From: Armatimonadota bacterium
GTDB lineage: Bacteria; Armatimonadota; SYMT01
Assembly: GCA_046292385.1 (NCBI GenBank)
Contig: JBKBRF010000018.1
Coordinates: 55,446 to 119,445, forward strand
Reading direction: 5' to 3'
DNA length: 64,000 nucleotides
Position 1 is the stretch's first letter. Each line of letters starts with the position of its first letter. Made by a program: the position numbers and the translations under genes. Below the pieces are notes generated by a model, which saw only the letters and a program-made list of their open reading frames with translations, had not been told where the DNA came from and searched no databases. Positions 47,092 to 56,802 of the stretch are shown piece after piece.

Positions 47092-48252
47092 TCAGGCGCC
47101 GCGACCGAGCGGCAATCCGGCGGTCTGCGTCTTCGGGTAGAGCAGGAAGCCGCCGCGCATCGCGCGGATCGGACGGCCGGTGACGAGGTGGTAGAGCTTC
47201 ACGGAGACGCGGCCGTCCCGCTTGCGGGTCAACGTGGCGCCGTAGAAGTACTCGCCTCCCCTGGGATGGCGCACGGTGACGACCCCCTCGCCGCCTTCAC
47301 CGTAGAGGCCCTCGACCACCGCCTTGGCGCCGGTGACCAGCAGGCCGGTACCGGCGATCTCCCGAGCCTCCTCACCCAGCGCCGCGGCGGCCTGCTCGTA
47401 CCGCTTCTCGTAGGCGCCGCGATCGCGGTCGAACTTCTTCGCGAGCTGGCTCTCGTCGAGCAGGCTCTGCACGCGGGCGACCTCTTCTTTCGGCAGCTGG
47501 AGCATCTGGGTCTGCTCCACGTCCTCCGCGGTGCTGCCGCGCGCGGCCCAGATCGCAAACTGGAGCGTGTTCTTGCGAGAGAGACCCTTCTGCTCCGCCA
47601 GCGCGAACATCCGGTCCGCTTCCGCGGGCAGCGGCTGCGCGGCCTGCCCCTGGGGCGTGATGGTGTCGCCGCGGCCGATGGCGACTCTCACCGGCTCTCC
47701 GGAGAGGTTGCCGAGGTAGAGGTCGAGCGCCAGGCTGCCGTCGCGGCGGATCGGATCGAACGAGTCGCTCCGGCCGCGGATGGCGACGATCCCCTCTTGC
47801 AGCGCCCGGGCGAGGGTGAGCGTGCGTCCGCCGGCAGTAGCAACCTGCGCGTCGTCCCCGCCGGTAAAGCGGGTCGTCTCGTTCGGGGGATCGGAGAAGA
47901 GGTCGGTGCAGTACGCGGCCAGCTGGACCGTCTGCCCCGGGTTCAGGCTGAACATACCGCCCTGCCCGAAGCTGCCGCCCTGGAACCCCTGTCCAAACCC
48001 CTGGCCAAGCCCCTGGCCGAACTGCGTGCCCTGCCCCAGGCCCTGGCCGAATCCCTGGCCCATCCCCTGGCCGAAGCCCTGGCCGAAGCCGCGCCCGCCG
48101 AACGCCTGCGCGAGCAGGAGCGGCGCCTCGCCGCCGGAGCCGGTCGCCGCGGGATCGGCGGGCACCGCCGGCGCCAGGCAGAGCGAGCCGCAGAGCAGGC
48201 CGGCCGCCAGCGCGAGCGCGGGCCAGCGGCCACCAGAATTCGAGTTTGCCAT
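47092..48252 (-). CDS. Secreted protein with (G-Q-G-F/L/M)n repeats and a putative thioester domain
   Basis: Signal peptide; 12-bp-period repeats at about 47960-48105; AYCTDL...PP and LQFAIW motifs; RBS GGAGGAG. Confidence 0.7.
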   Translation of the reverse strand: MANSNSGGRWPALALAAGLLCGSLCLAPAVPADPAATGSGGEAPLLLAQAFGGRGFGQGFGQGMGQGFGQGLGQGTQFGQGLGQGFGQGFQGGSFGQGGMFSLNPGQTVQLAAYCTDLFSDPPNETTRFTGGDDAQVATAGGRTLTLARALQEGIVAIRGRSDSFDPIRRDGSLALDLYLGNLSGEPVRVAIGRGDTITPQGQAAQPLPAEADRMFALAEQKGLSRKNTLQFAIWAARGSTAEDVEQTQMLQLPKEEVARVQSLLDESQLAKKFDRDRGAYEKRYEQAAAALGEEAREIAGTGLLVTGAKAVVEGLYGEGGEGVVTVRHPRGGEYFYGATLTRKRDGRVSVKLYHLVTGRPIRAMRGGFLLYPKTQTAGLPLGRGA

Positions 48253-48365
48253 GGGGAAATCTCCTCCGCCGCCACCGGCGGGACACGCGATCACCAATGG
48301 GACGCGCTGTTGCTGAAAAAAGTAGCAAGGGTTTCCGGGTGCGGTTCGGGAACGTCCCAGCGACG

Positions 48366-49124
48366 ATGTTAGAGAAGACCTTTTGCCACGTGGAAGGAGT
48401 CGGCTACCGCACGGAGCGCCGGCTCTGGACCCAGGGCGCCGACTGCTGGCGCACGTTCCTGGACCGCCCCACCGATTTCAAAGTCTCCCGCGCCCGGCTG
48501 GCGCCGATGCTGGCGACGCTCACGCAGTCGGAGACCGCCCTGCAGCAGGGCCGCTACCGGTTCTTCGGAGAGCGGCTGCCGTCTCGGGAGCACTGGCGCG
48601 CGCTCCGCGCCTTCCCCTCGGATCGCATCGCCTATCTCGATATCGAGACCGACGGCGGGACCGACTTCGACAGCGTGACGGTGATCGGTCTCGCGCGAGG
48701 CGGGCAGCTCCACCAGTTCGTCCGCGGTGAGAACCTGCTCGAATTCCCGGAGGCGCTGGACGACGTAGCACTGCTCGTTACCTTCTACGGGGGCGGCTTC
48801 GACATCCCCGTGCTGCGCCGCGCCTTTCCCCGCCTGCCGTTCGACCAGCTCCATCTCGACCTCTGCCCCACCCTGCGCCGGCTCGGCCTGAGCGGCGGGC
48901 TGAAGAGCATCGAGCGGCAGCTCGGCATGGCGCGCGGCGAGGAGACGACCGGCCTGAGCGGCTGGGACGCCGTGCGCCTCTGGAGCGAGTGGCGCCGTGG
49001 ACGCGAGGAGTCGCTCCACACGCTCCTCTCCTACAACGCGGAAGACGTGCTGAACATGGCGCCGCTGGCCGACTACGCCTACACCGGCCTGAGCAGCCGG
49101 ATCCTGGAGGAAGAGCTCCGATGA
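48366..49124 (+). CDS. RNase H-like (YprB-like) exonuclease domain protein
   Basis: [31 protein letters not shown]. Confidence 0.85.
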   Translation: MLEKTFCHVEGVGYRTERRLWTQGADCWRTFLDRPTDFKVSRARLAPMLATLTQSETALQQGRYRFFGERLPSREHWRALRAFPSDRIAYLDIETDGGTDFDSVTVIGLARGGQLHQFVRGENLLEFPEALDDVALLVTFYGGGFDIPVLRRAFPRLPFDQLHLDLCPTLRRLGLSGGLKSIERQLGMARGEETTGLSGWDAVRLWSEWRRGREESLHTLLSYNAEDVLNMAPLADYAYTGLSSRILEEELR

Positions 49125-49576
49125 GAGGATCCGCGGTGCCGGTGGAGGTAACCCGGCTCCCGGGCGCGGAGGATCTGCCGCTGCCGGAGTACGCCACTCC
49201 CGGCTCGGCCGGGGTCGACCTGCGCGCGGCAGTCTCCGGGGAGGTGGTGCTGCAGCCGGGCGAGCGGCAACTGGTCCCGACCGGCCTGCGGATCGCTCTG
49301 CCGGACGGGTACGAGGCGCAGGTGCGTCCCCGCAGCGGCCTAGCGGTGCGGCACGGGATCGGCATGGTCAACGCGCCGGGTACGATCGACAGCGACTACC
49401 GCGGGGAGATCCAGGTGCTGCTGATCAACCTGGGTCAGGAACCGTTCACCCTCCGCCGGGGCGAGCGGATCGCGCAGCTGGTGGTGGCACCGGTCGCGCG
49501 CGTCGAGTGGCGCGAGGTGGAGGAGCTCCCCGACACCGAGCGCGGAGCCGGGGGATTCGGGCACACGGGGCGGTAG
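49121..49576 (+). CDS. dut: dUTP diphosphatase
   Basis: [36 protein letters not shown]. Confidence 0.97.
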   Translation: MRGSAVPVEVTRLPGAEDLPLPEYATPGSAGVDLRAAVSGEVVLQPGERQLVPTGLRIALPDGYEAQVRPRSGLAVRHGIGMVNAPGTIDSDYRGEIQVLLINLGQEPFTLRRGERIAQLVVAPVARVEWREVEELPDTERGAGGFGHTGR

Positions 49577-49633
49577 CGTTTTGCTCTACGGGCGCGACAG
49601 TCTTCGGGGACGGCAGTGCTTCGGCGTGGGAGA

Positions 49634-49793
49634 CGTATTCCGTATTGCGTATTCCGTAGCGGCGGGCCTCCACCGCATTCCAAACGTCGTGCCGGGCGAG
49701 ACGCTTCTGAGGCGCTCCGCCCGGCACGATGATTTCGCCACGAACTGCAGGCGCACCGCTACGGAATACGCGATACGCAACATACGCAATACG
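49634..49793. repeat. Family B palindromic element (heptamer-tailed)
   Basis: CGTATTC CGTATTG CGTATTC CGTAGCGG ... GTCGTGCCGGGCGAGACGCT / GCGCTCCGCCCGGCACGA ... CCGCTACG GAATACG CGATACG... Confidence 0.85.
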
Positions 49794-49856
49794 ACAACCG
49801 CTCGCTACGAGTGTTGAGCGCCCCGCAGCAAGCACAGCCCTACGTTAGCGAACAGA

Positions 49857-50741
49857 TCAGCGCCACGAATAAGCAGTCTGCCCCGCAGCCCCCATCTCAC
49901 TCGCCAGCGCCTCCAGCTTCTGGACCCGCTCCTGCGTGGACGGGTGCGTGCTGAAGAGCGAGCGGAAGCTGCTGCCGCGCAGCGGGTTGACGATGAACAT
50001 GTGCGCCGTGGACGGCTCCGCATGCATCGGCCTCACCTCCACCGCGCGCTCCAGCTTCTGCAGGGCGCTCGCCAGCGCGAGCGGCCGGCCGCAGATCTCG
50101 GAGCCGGTGCGGTCCGCCTGGAACTCGCGGGTGCGGGAGATCCAGAGCTGGATGATCGTTGCCGCGATCGGCGCTACGATCACCATGATCAGCATCCCGA
50201 GCGGGTTCGAGTCTTCGTCCCGGTCGCGGCCGCCCATGCCGGCGAAGAGCAGCGCGTACTGACCCATGTGCGCGATCATCGTCACGGCGCCCGCCATCGT
50301 GGCGGCGATGGTGCTGATCAGGGTGTCCCGGTTCTTGATGTGCGCCAGCTCGTGCGCCACCACCCCCTCCACCTCTTCGTGGCTCAGGATCCGGAGCAGC
50401 CCTTCGTTCACGGCGACCGCGCTGTGCTGCGGGTCCCGTCCGGTTGCGAAGGCGTTCGGGGTGGGGTCCTGGATCACGTAGAGCTTCGGCATCGGCAGGC
50501 TCGCACGCTCGCACAGACGCTCCACCATCCGGTACAGCTCCGGCGCCTCGGAGGGTGAGATCGGCTGGGCGCGATACATCGCCAGCACGATCTTGTCCGA
50601 GAACCAGTAGGAGCCGACGTTCATCACCAGCGCGAACCCGAATGCGATCACCATGCCGGTTGGTCCGCCGAGCCAGCGGCCCAGCAGCACGAGCAGCACG
50701 GTCATCACCGTAAGCAGCAGCGCCGTCTTGACGTGGTTCAT
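49857..50741 (-). CDS. htpX: Zinc metalloprotease HtpX (M48)
   Basis: PNAFATGR, HELAH, SRTREFQAD, FSTHP. Confidence 0.95.
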   Translation of the reverse strand: MNHVKTALLLTVMTVLLVLLGRWLGGPTGMVIAFGFALVMNVGSYWFSDKIVLAMYRAQPISPSEAPELYRMVERLCERASLPMPKLYVIQDPTPNAFATGRDPQHSAVAVNEGLLRILSHEEVEGVVAHELAHIKNRDTLISTIAATMAGAVTMIAHMGQYALLFAGMGGRDRDEDSNPLGMLIMVIVAPIAATIIQLWISRTREFQADRTGSEICGRPLALASALQKLERAVEVRPMHAEPSTAHMFIVNPLRGSSFRSLFSTHPSTQERVQKLEALASEMGAAGQTAYSWR

Positions 50742-51038
50742 GGAAGCGTTTGTCTCTCCTGTCGGATACCGTTCTGTTTCAGGGGGTTGGTACCGTCTCT
50801 CCCGTTCATGATAAACGGGGAAGCCCGCCGGTGTAGCACCGGGCGGGCAGCGTACCCTGCGGTAAATCCGCTGAGTTTTGCGGAAAGCGGGTTATCTCGT
50901 CGGGAGGATACGCGAGACTTGGGTGGCTTTCGAGAATGAGTAGGAGAAGGAGAAGGAGTTTATGCCCGGAGGGCTGCCCATCCCCCTAATCTCCGTTCCC
51001 ACATCCCCTCATCCCCTGAAAAGGTTCGGGAGGCCACC

Positions 51039-51827
<789 letters not shown>

Positions 51828-51847
51828 CTCGAGCCTCCCAACCGGTG

Positions 51848-53485
51848 TTACTGCGCGCCGTAGAGCCGCAGGAGCTCCGCTTCCGCCTCCGGAGTCCAGT
51901 AGCGGCCGCCGTCGAGGCGCTCCGCGATCGAGGGGTGGCGCTGGGCCAGCTCTTCGATCGGCAGCAGCGGGAGATCGCGGCAGTGAGGATAGACCACGGT
52001 TTTGCCGAGGAAAGTCGCATCCCGCACGGCGGCCAGGCCGTCTCGCACGGTGCCGATCCCGCCGACCGCCGCCACGACGCGATCGGTCTCCAGTTGGCCG
52101 GCCTCCACCTTGTCTACGATGCTCCGGAGATCGGCGATCTTGCTCCCGCTGGTCCCGATCAGCCGCACGCCCTCGCTCGCCACCCGGCCGATGTCGAGAC
52201 GGGCGGTGGTGCCGACCGGAACGCCGGCAAAGACGTTCATCGCGCCGCCGTGGGCGAGGAGCTCGTAGGCTCGCTCGATCACCGCCGGCGCCGGGATCAC
52301 CATCACGATGTCGTCGCAGCCGCGGCCGCCGGTCTCCTGGCGGACCCGCTCGTAGACCCCTTCGCCCAGCTCGCGCGTGTCGAGGAGCACGAATTCGATG
52401 CCCCGCTCGCGGGCCGGGCCGGCGAAGCGGCGCTCCAGCTCATCCAGGCGCGGGCCGCCGTTCTGCGAGACGAGCAGCCGGGCGGGAGGGTGCGGCAGCG
52501 AGAGCGCGCGCTGCACGTGCATCTGTCCGAGCGGGCCGCCCGCCCCGATGATCCAGGTCGTGCCGCCGGGGGCCAGGTCGGTGGTACGACCCCAGCCGTA
52601 GGCGTCACCCTGAGGGGCGCCGGTGTACCAGTGGTCCCGGTAGTGGACGCTGCCGATATCGATCGCCGCCGGACCGCTCGGCCCGCTGCCCTGGATGGCG
52701 AAGACGCCGCCGGTCTTGAGCAGCGCGGAGAGCGCCTGGACCAGCTCCGGCCGCGGCATGCCGTAGATCAGGATGTCGTCGAAGCCGTCCGGGTGCTCCG
52801 CCTGCACGGCCTCGACGCCCGCGGCGATCCGCGCGGGATCGGAGAGCCACTCGTCCAGCAGGGTCAGCGTGGTCGGCTGCGAGAGCTGCTTTATTTCTTC
52901 CGCGAGGTCGCCGGCCTGCATCGCCTCCAGCACGACCACCAGCGAGGCCCCGCCCGGTTTCGGCGCCGTGCGGGGCTGGTAGCGGTAGGCCGCTTCGACG
53001 CACGCCCAGGGCTCGCAGAGCGCCGCCTGCGCGTGGCTGACCCGCTCCGCGATCGGGAGCAGGTAGCAGCCCTCGTCGCCGTCCAGGATCTCGCGTCCGA
53101 TCACCTGATACTGGCTGTAGCCGCCCGGCAGCCGGTAGCCGAACGCCATGCCTTCGCCCTGGAAGTAGACGTCCGCCTGGATCAGGAACCGCTGGCCCGC
53201 CTCGAACTTTCCGCGCAGCTCCTCCCCCACCTCGACCACCGTCATCGCGGTCTCGTGGCCCATCACCACCGGGTCCTGTTGCAGGTCCCGCCCTTTCAGC
53301 CGGGGGTGGTTCCCCCCCAGGTTCAGGATCTTGATGTCGCTGAAGCAGATGCCGCAGGCATCGATGCGGACCAGCAGCTCGCCGGGGCCGGGACGGGGCA
53401 CGTCCCGCTCCGCCAGCGACACATTCTCCAGGCCGGCGCCGGTTAGCTCCCAGCGCAGGTGCCGAGCGGGAAGCTCGAGGCTCAT
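51848..53485 (-). CDS. Zn-binding dehydrogenase (L-sorbose-1-phosphate reductase-like), extended
   Basis: CGICFSD, MGHE, FLIQAD, ALCEPWAC, GAGGPLG, GTSGS. Confidence 0.8.
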   Translation of the reverse strand: MSLELPARHLRWELTGAGLENVSLAERDVPRPGPGELLVRIDACGICFSDIKILNLGGNHPRLKGRDLQQDPVVMGHETAMTVVEVGEELRGKFEAGQRFLIQADVYFQGEGMAFGYRLPGGYSQYQVIGREILDGDEGCYLLPIAERVSHAQAALCEPWACVEAAYRYQPRTAPKPGGASLVVVLEAMQAGDLAEEIKQLSQPTTLTLLDEWLSDPARIAAGVEAVQAEHPDGFDDILIYGMPRPELVQALSALLKTGGVFAIQGSGPSGPAAIDIGSVHYRDHWYTGAPQGDAYGWGRTTDLAPGGTTWIIGAGGPLGQMHVQRALSLPHPPARLLVSQNGGPRLDELERRFAGPARERGIEFVLLDTRELGEGVYERVRQETGGRGCDDIVMVIPAPAVIERAYELLAHGGAMNVFAGVPVGTTARLDIGRVASEGVRLIGTSGSKIADLRSIVDKVEAGQLETDRVVAAVGGIGTVRDGLAAVRDATFLGKTVVYPHCRDLPLLPIEELAQRHPSIAERLDGGRYWTPEAEAELLRLYGAQ

Positions 53486-53505
53486 GCGTCTCCTCGGATC
53501 GGTGG

Positions 53506-56500
53506 TTACGGGCTCGCTCTGAACGATGACGACTCCAGCGTTACCGCGAGGATCTTCACCGCAGGCTGCTTCGGGAAGTCGATCCCCACCAGCGTGTGGA
53601 GCGTATCGGTCGGGATCGTGTAGTGATTGATGTAGCACGAGGTCTGCGTGTCGTCACCCCGCGCGGTGTGCCGGTGCGGGGTCTTGAACGCCACGCGCTC
53701 GCCGTGCTTGGGCGCTTCGTTCCAGTGGGTGAGCTTCAGCTTCTTGGTCGCGGTGCTGCCGTCCGAGTAGGTCAGCACGAACTCCGCTTCCACGTCCGGC
53801 TCGGTGCAAATCGCCATCAGGTGCACCGCGGTGCGCTGGATCCCGGCGAACCGCAGCTGCTGCCCCTGGGCGCGGACCATGTTCGGCACCTGATTGTTCT
53901 TGTTCGGATAGGAGAAGCAGACGCGGGAAGCTTCCAGGTCGTTGAGCGGCTTCACCCAGAGACCGCTCGGGTAGAGCGGGCTGTAGTTCGGCTTGCCGTC
54001 CGGCGCGGGGCGGTTCACGTAGGGCGGCAGGTACTCCGCGGGCAGCGTGTTGCCGCGGCCGTCCAGGTCCCCGTCGGTACGGTCGACGTCCTGGGAGATG
54101 CCGTCCAGGTTGTAGTACGCGTTGATCGGCAGCGGGGTGAACGTGGGGCTGAAGATGTTGACCGGGATCACCAGGATGTCGCTGCCCTTGCTGACCAGCC
54201 CGGTGCTCGCGTGGAGACCGTCGTGGCTGAAGTCGAGCACGCAGTACATCGGGCCGAAGTAATAGGGCACGCGGACCGGCACCTCGCGGAGCACCACGGG
54301 GCGGGTGATCGTCTCCGTGCGGAACTTCTGGTTCTTCTTGCCCTTCTTCTTCTCCTCGCCGTTGAACGCGCGCTCGAAGGCAGTGTCGATCGGGACCTGC
54401 GTCTCGAACCGGGAGTAGGGCGGCACGTCCTCCGGCAGCGGCAGCGAGTCGTCGTTCCACGCCGCCTCGGTCCCGTCCATGTAATACCAGTGGACGACCA
54501 CCTTATCCCGGTCTTTCTTCCAGGTCTCCGGTCCGCGGTTCAGCAGGCCGACGGTGATCTTCTCGGTGCGTCCGGCGACGAGCTGCGGCGGCAGGTTGCA
54601 GCCGAGGAAGTGGGGCGCCGGGTCGCGGTCGAGCACTTCCACCGGCTCCCGCAGCTGCGAGGCGCCCGCGCTGCTGAGATACTTCTGGCCGTCGTGGAGG
54701 TCCCACTCCAGCAGGTAGTCCCAGTCATCCTTCGGCGACCAGGTGGCGAACGGCTTCCCCTGCGCGTCGACGGTCGCGACCGGCACCTCCAGCTCGAGGA
54801 TCTTGCCCGGCTCCACGTCGGCCGGCAGCGTGACCTTCGGGCCCTCCACCAGCACGGTATCCGAGTCCTGCGCGCCGCCCTTCAGGTAGGTGCTTACCTT
54901 GCGCCAGCGGTAGCCGACCGCATAGGTCCCCTGCTTCCAGGTGTCGGCGCCGTCGTTGCGCACGCGGAGCTTCGCCGGGTAAGACGCGCCGGAGCGGGTC
55001 ATCGTCGGCATGGTGCTGCTGAGCCAGTAGGGGCGGGCCGGCACGGAGGGGCCGACCGTCACCGGGATCCGGTGCGGCGCGGCGCCGGCGGCGTCGAAGA
55101 GCAACTCCTCGGTGCCCTGCCGGCGAGTCATCCGGAACTCCAGCTCGTACTCGCCCGGAGGGAGCGGCTTCCCCTCCGCCAGCGGCGCCGTGACGCCGAT
55201 GACGTAGGTCTTCACCTCTCCCCGCGACTGGCCGCGGCTCACCACGCTGGCGCCGCGCTCACCCACCGGTTTCCCGTTCTGGAGCCACTGGTAGGAGAGT
55301 GACGCCAGGTTGAGCCCGTTCCAGTCCTCCGTGCCGGAGTTCTGGACCACCACCTCCACCTGGTAGATGCGGCCCGGCGTAATGGCGCGAGGCGCGGTAG
55401 CGCGGAGGAAGTCGGCCGCGTAGTCTTCCGACTGCTTGTAGTCGAACACGCCGCCCTGCACCAGGTCGCGGTAGAGCAGCCCGTACTCCAGGCTCGGCGC
55501 CACGTCGCTGCCGTGCGCGAAGTTATTCCAGGAGTCGATGAAGACCCACTCCGGCTTCTCCTGGATGATGCGGCGGAAGTCGACGATCGTCTGCTGGCCG
55601 TTATCGCGGGAGCGGATCTTCGCGCCCGCGCCCTGGGAGGAGGCGTCGTAGCCCGGCCCGAAGCTGCCGGTCCCGATCCAGCCGTCCTTCGCCAGCACGG
55701 CGCCCTGCTGGGCCGCGGGGTACGGCGCTACGGCGTCCAGCGCGGTCACGCGGGTCGCCAACTCCGGCGTGCCGACCCAGACGAGCCCGGCGCCGAACTC
55801 CTGCGCGAAGCGGCGGTTGCAGTAGGTGAGAAAGCTGTTGTCCGCGTCCTTGACCGCCGCGTCGCTCATCAGCCGGACGATGTAGGCGACTCCGCGCGTG
55901 GTCCCGGTCGCTTCCGCGGCACCGGACTTCGCGATCTGGGAGGCAGGGAGCTGTACGGAAGCACGGAACTCCGCCGGCACGTGCAGGTAGAAGTCCCGGA
56001 TCATCCCGTAGAGGCTGCGCTGCACGTCCTGCTGCTTCAGGTCGACCGGCCCGCCGTACTGCGTCGCCAGGCCGCCCAGGTCCAGTCCCAGCGCGATCTG
56101 CGGGTGCTCGTGCGCCTTATGGGTGAGCGGCGTCGGACCCTCGGTGCGGAGCTCCTTCAGCGCCTGGGCCATCACGTCGAGGCCCTTGATCGCATACGCC
56201 CGCCGGTTTTCGACGTCGCCGCGGTAGACCGCCAGCGCCACGTCGATCCCGCCGCCGGCCATCAGCTGGAAGTTGTTGCGGTGCCACTGGGCGCGGTCGA
56301 AGCTGATCCAGGGTCCCACGCTCTCCCAGGGGTGATGCGTGAGCGTGGTAACGCCCTGCGAGTTCCGGAGGTGGGCCGTGGGGAGCGCCTTTCGCGGGTC
56401 GCCCTGGTACCAGTAGTAATAGGTGGCAAAGACCAGGCGCTGCGTGGACGGCTGCTTCGCGGCGCTGGGGGCTGGGCTCTCCTGGGCGCGGGCCATCGTG

Positions 56501-56589
56501 CCGCAGCCGAAGCCGGCGGCGACCGCCAGCCCCAGTCCGAGCGCGGCCAGGCTCCGGCCGAATCCTCGCTTGATGTTCGGGTAACGCAT
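53506..56589 (-). CDS. Secreted GH99/DUF5010-like TIM barrel with three NBR1-Ig-like domains
   Basis: Signal peptide; ATYYYWY, GIDV, GPGYD, SWN; three repeats of N.G...W...Y/HW. Confidence 0.7.
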   Translation of the reverse strand: MRYPNIKRGFGRSLAALGLGLAVAAGFGCGTMARAQESPAPSAAKQPSTQRLVFATYYYWYQGDPRKALPTAHLRNSQGVTTLTHHPWESVGPWISFDRAQWHRNNFQLMAGGGIDVALAVYRGDVENRRAYAIKGLDVMAQALKELRTEGPTPLTHKAHEHPQIALGLDLGGLATQYGGPVDLKQQDVQRSLYGMIRDFYLHVPAEFRASVQLPASQIAKSGAAEATGTTRGVAYIVRLMSDAAVKDADNSFLTYCNRRFAQEFGAGLVWVGTPELATRVTALDAVAPYPAAQQGAVLAKDGWIGTGSFGPGYDASSQGAGAKIRSRDNGQQTIVDFRRIIQEKPEWVFIDSWNNFAHGSDVAPSLEYGLLYRDLVQGGVFDYKQSEDYAADFLRATAPRAITPGRIYQVEVVVQNSGTEDWNGLNLASLSYQWLQNGKPVGERGASVVSRGQSRGEVKTYVIGVTAPLAEGKPLPPGEYELEFRMTRRQGTEELLFDAAGAAPHRIPVTVGPSVPARPYWLSSTMPTMTRSGASYPAKLRVRNDGADTWKQGTYAVGYRWRKVSTYLKGGAQDSDTVLVEGPKVTLPADVEPGKILELEVPVATVDAQGKPFATWSPKDDWDYLLEWDLHDGQKYLSSAGASQLREPVEVLDRDPAPHFLGCNLPPQLVAGRTEKITVGLLNRGPETWKKDRDKVVVHWYYMDGTEAAWNDDSLPLPEDVPPYSRFETQVPIDTAFERAFNGEEKKKGKKNQKFRTETITRPVVLREVPVRVPYYFGPMYCVLDFSHDGLHASTGLVSKGSDILVIPVNIFSPTFTPLPINAYYNLDGISQDVDRTDGDLDGRGNTLPAEYLPPYVNRPAPDGKPNYSPLYPSGLWVKPLNDLEASRVCFSYPNKNNQVPNMVRAQGQQLRFAGIQRTAVHLMAICTEPDVEAEFVLTYSDGSTATKKLKLTHWNEAPKHGERVAFKTPHRHTARGDDTQTSCYINHYTIPTDTLHTLVGIDFPKQPAVKILAVTLESSSFRASP

Positions 56590-56802
56590 CCACAACCTCC
56601 GCGTCGTCCTGGCGCCAGGCGGAATCAGCGACCGCGCAGAGCCGCAGCCGGGCCGATACTATCTTCGGCCGCCGCAGGGAGAGCGCCTCCCGGCTTGGAG
56701 TTCTATCTCAGCCCCTTTCGAGTTGATTTCTTCGGGCGGAGCGGGGCGGCGGCGCGGAAACGGGCCCGCCCGCGGTGAACGGCACCACGAGGAAGCAACG
56801 GT

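Noticed and set aside
4179..49576. Clustering of nucleotide-metabolism genes (guaB, nrdJ, ndk, dut) as one system
   Set aside because: They are scattered over 45 kb in separate transcription units; consistent with chance.
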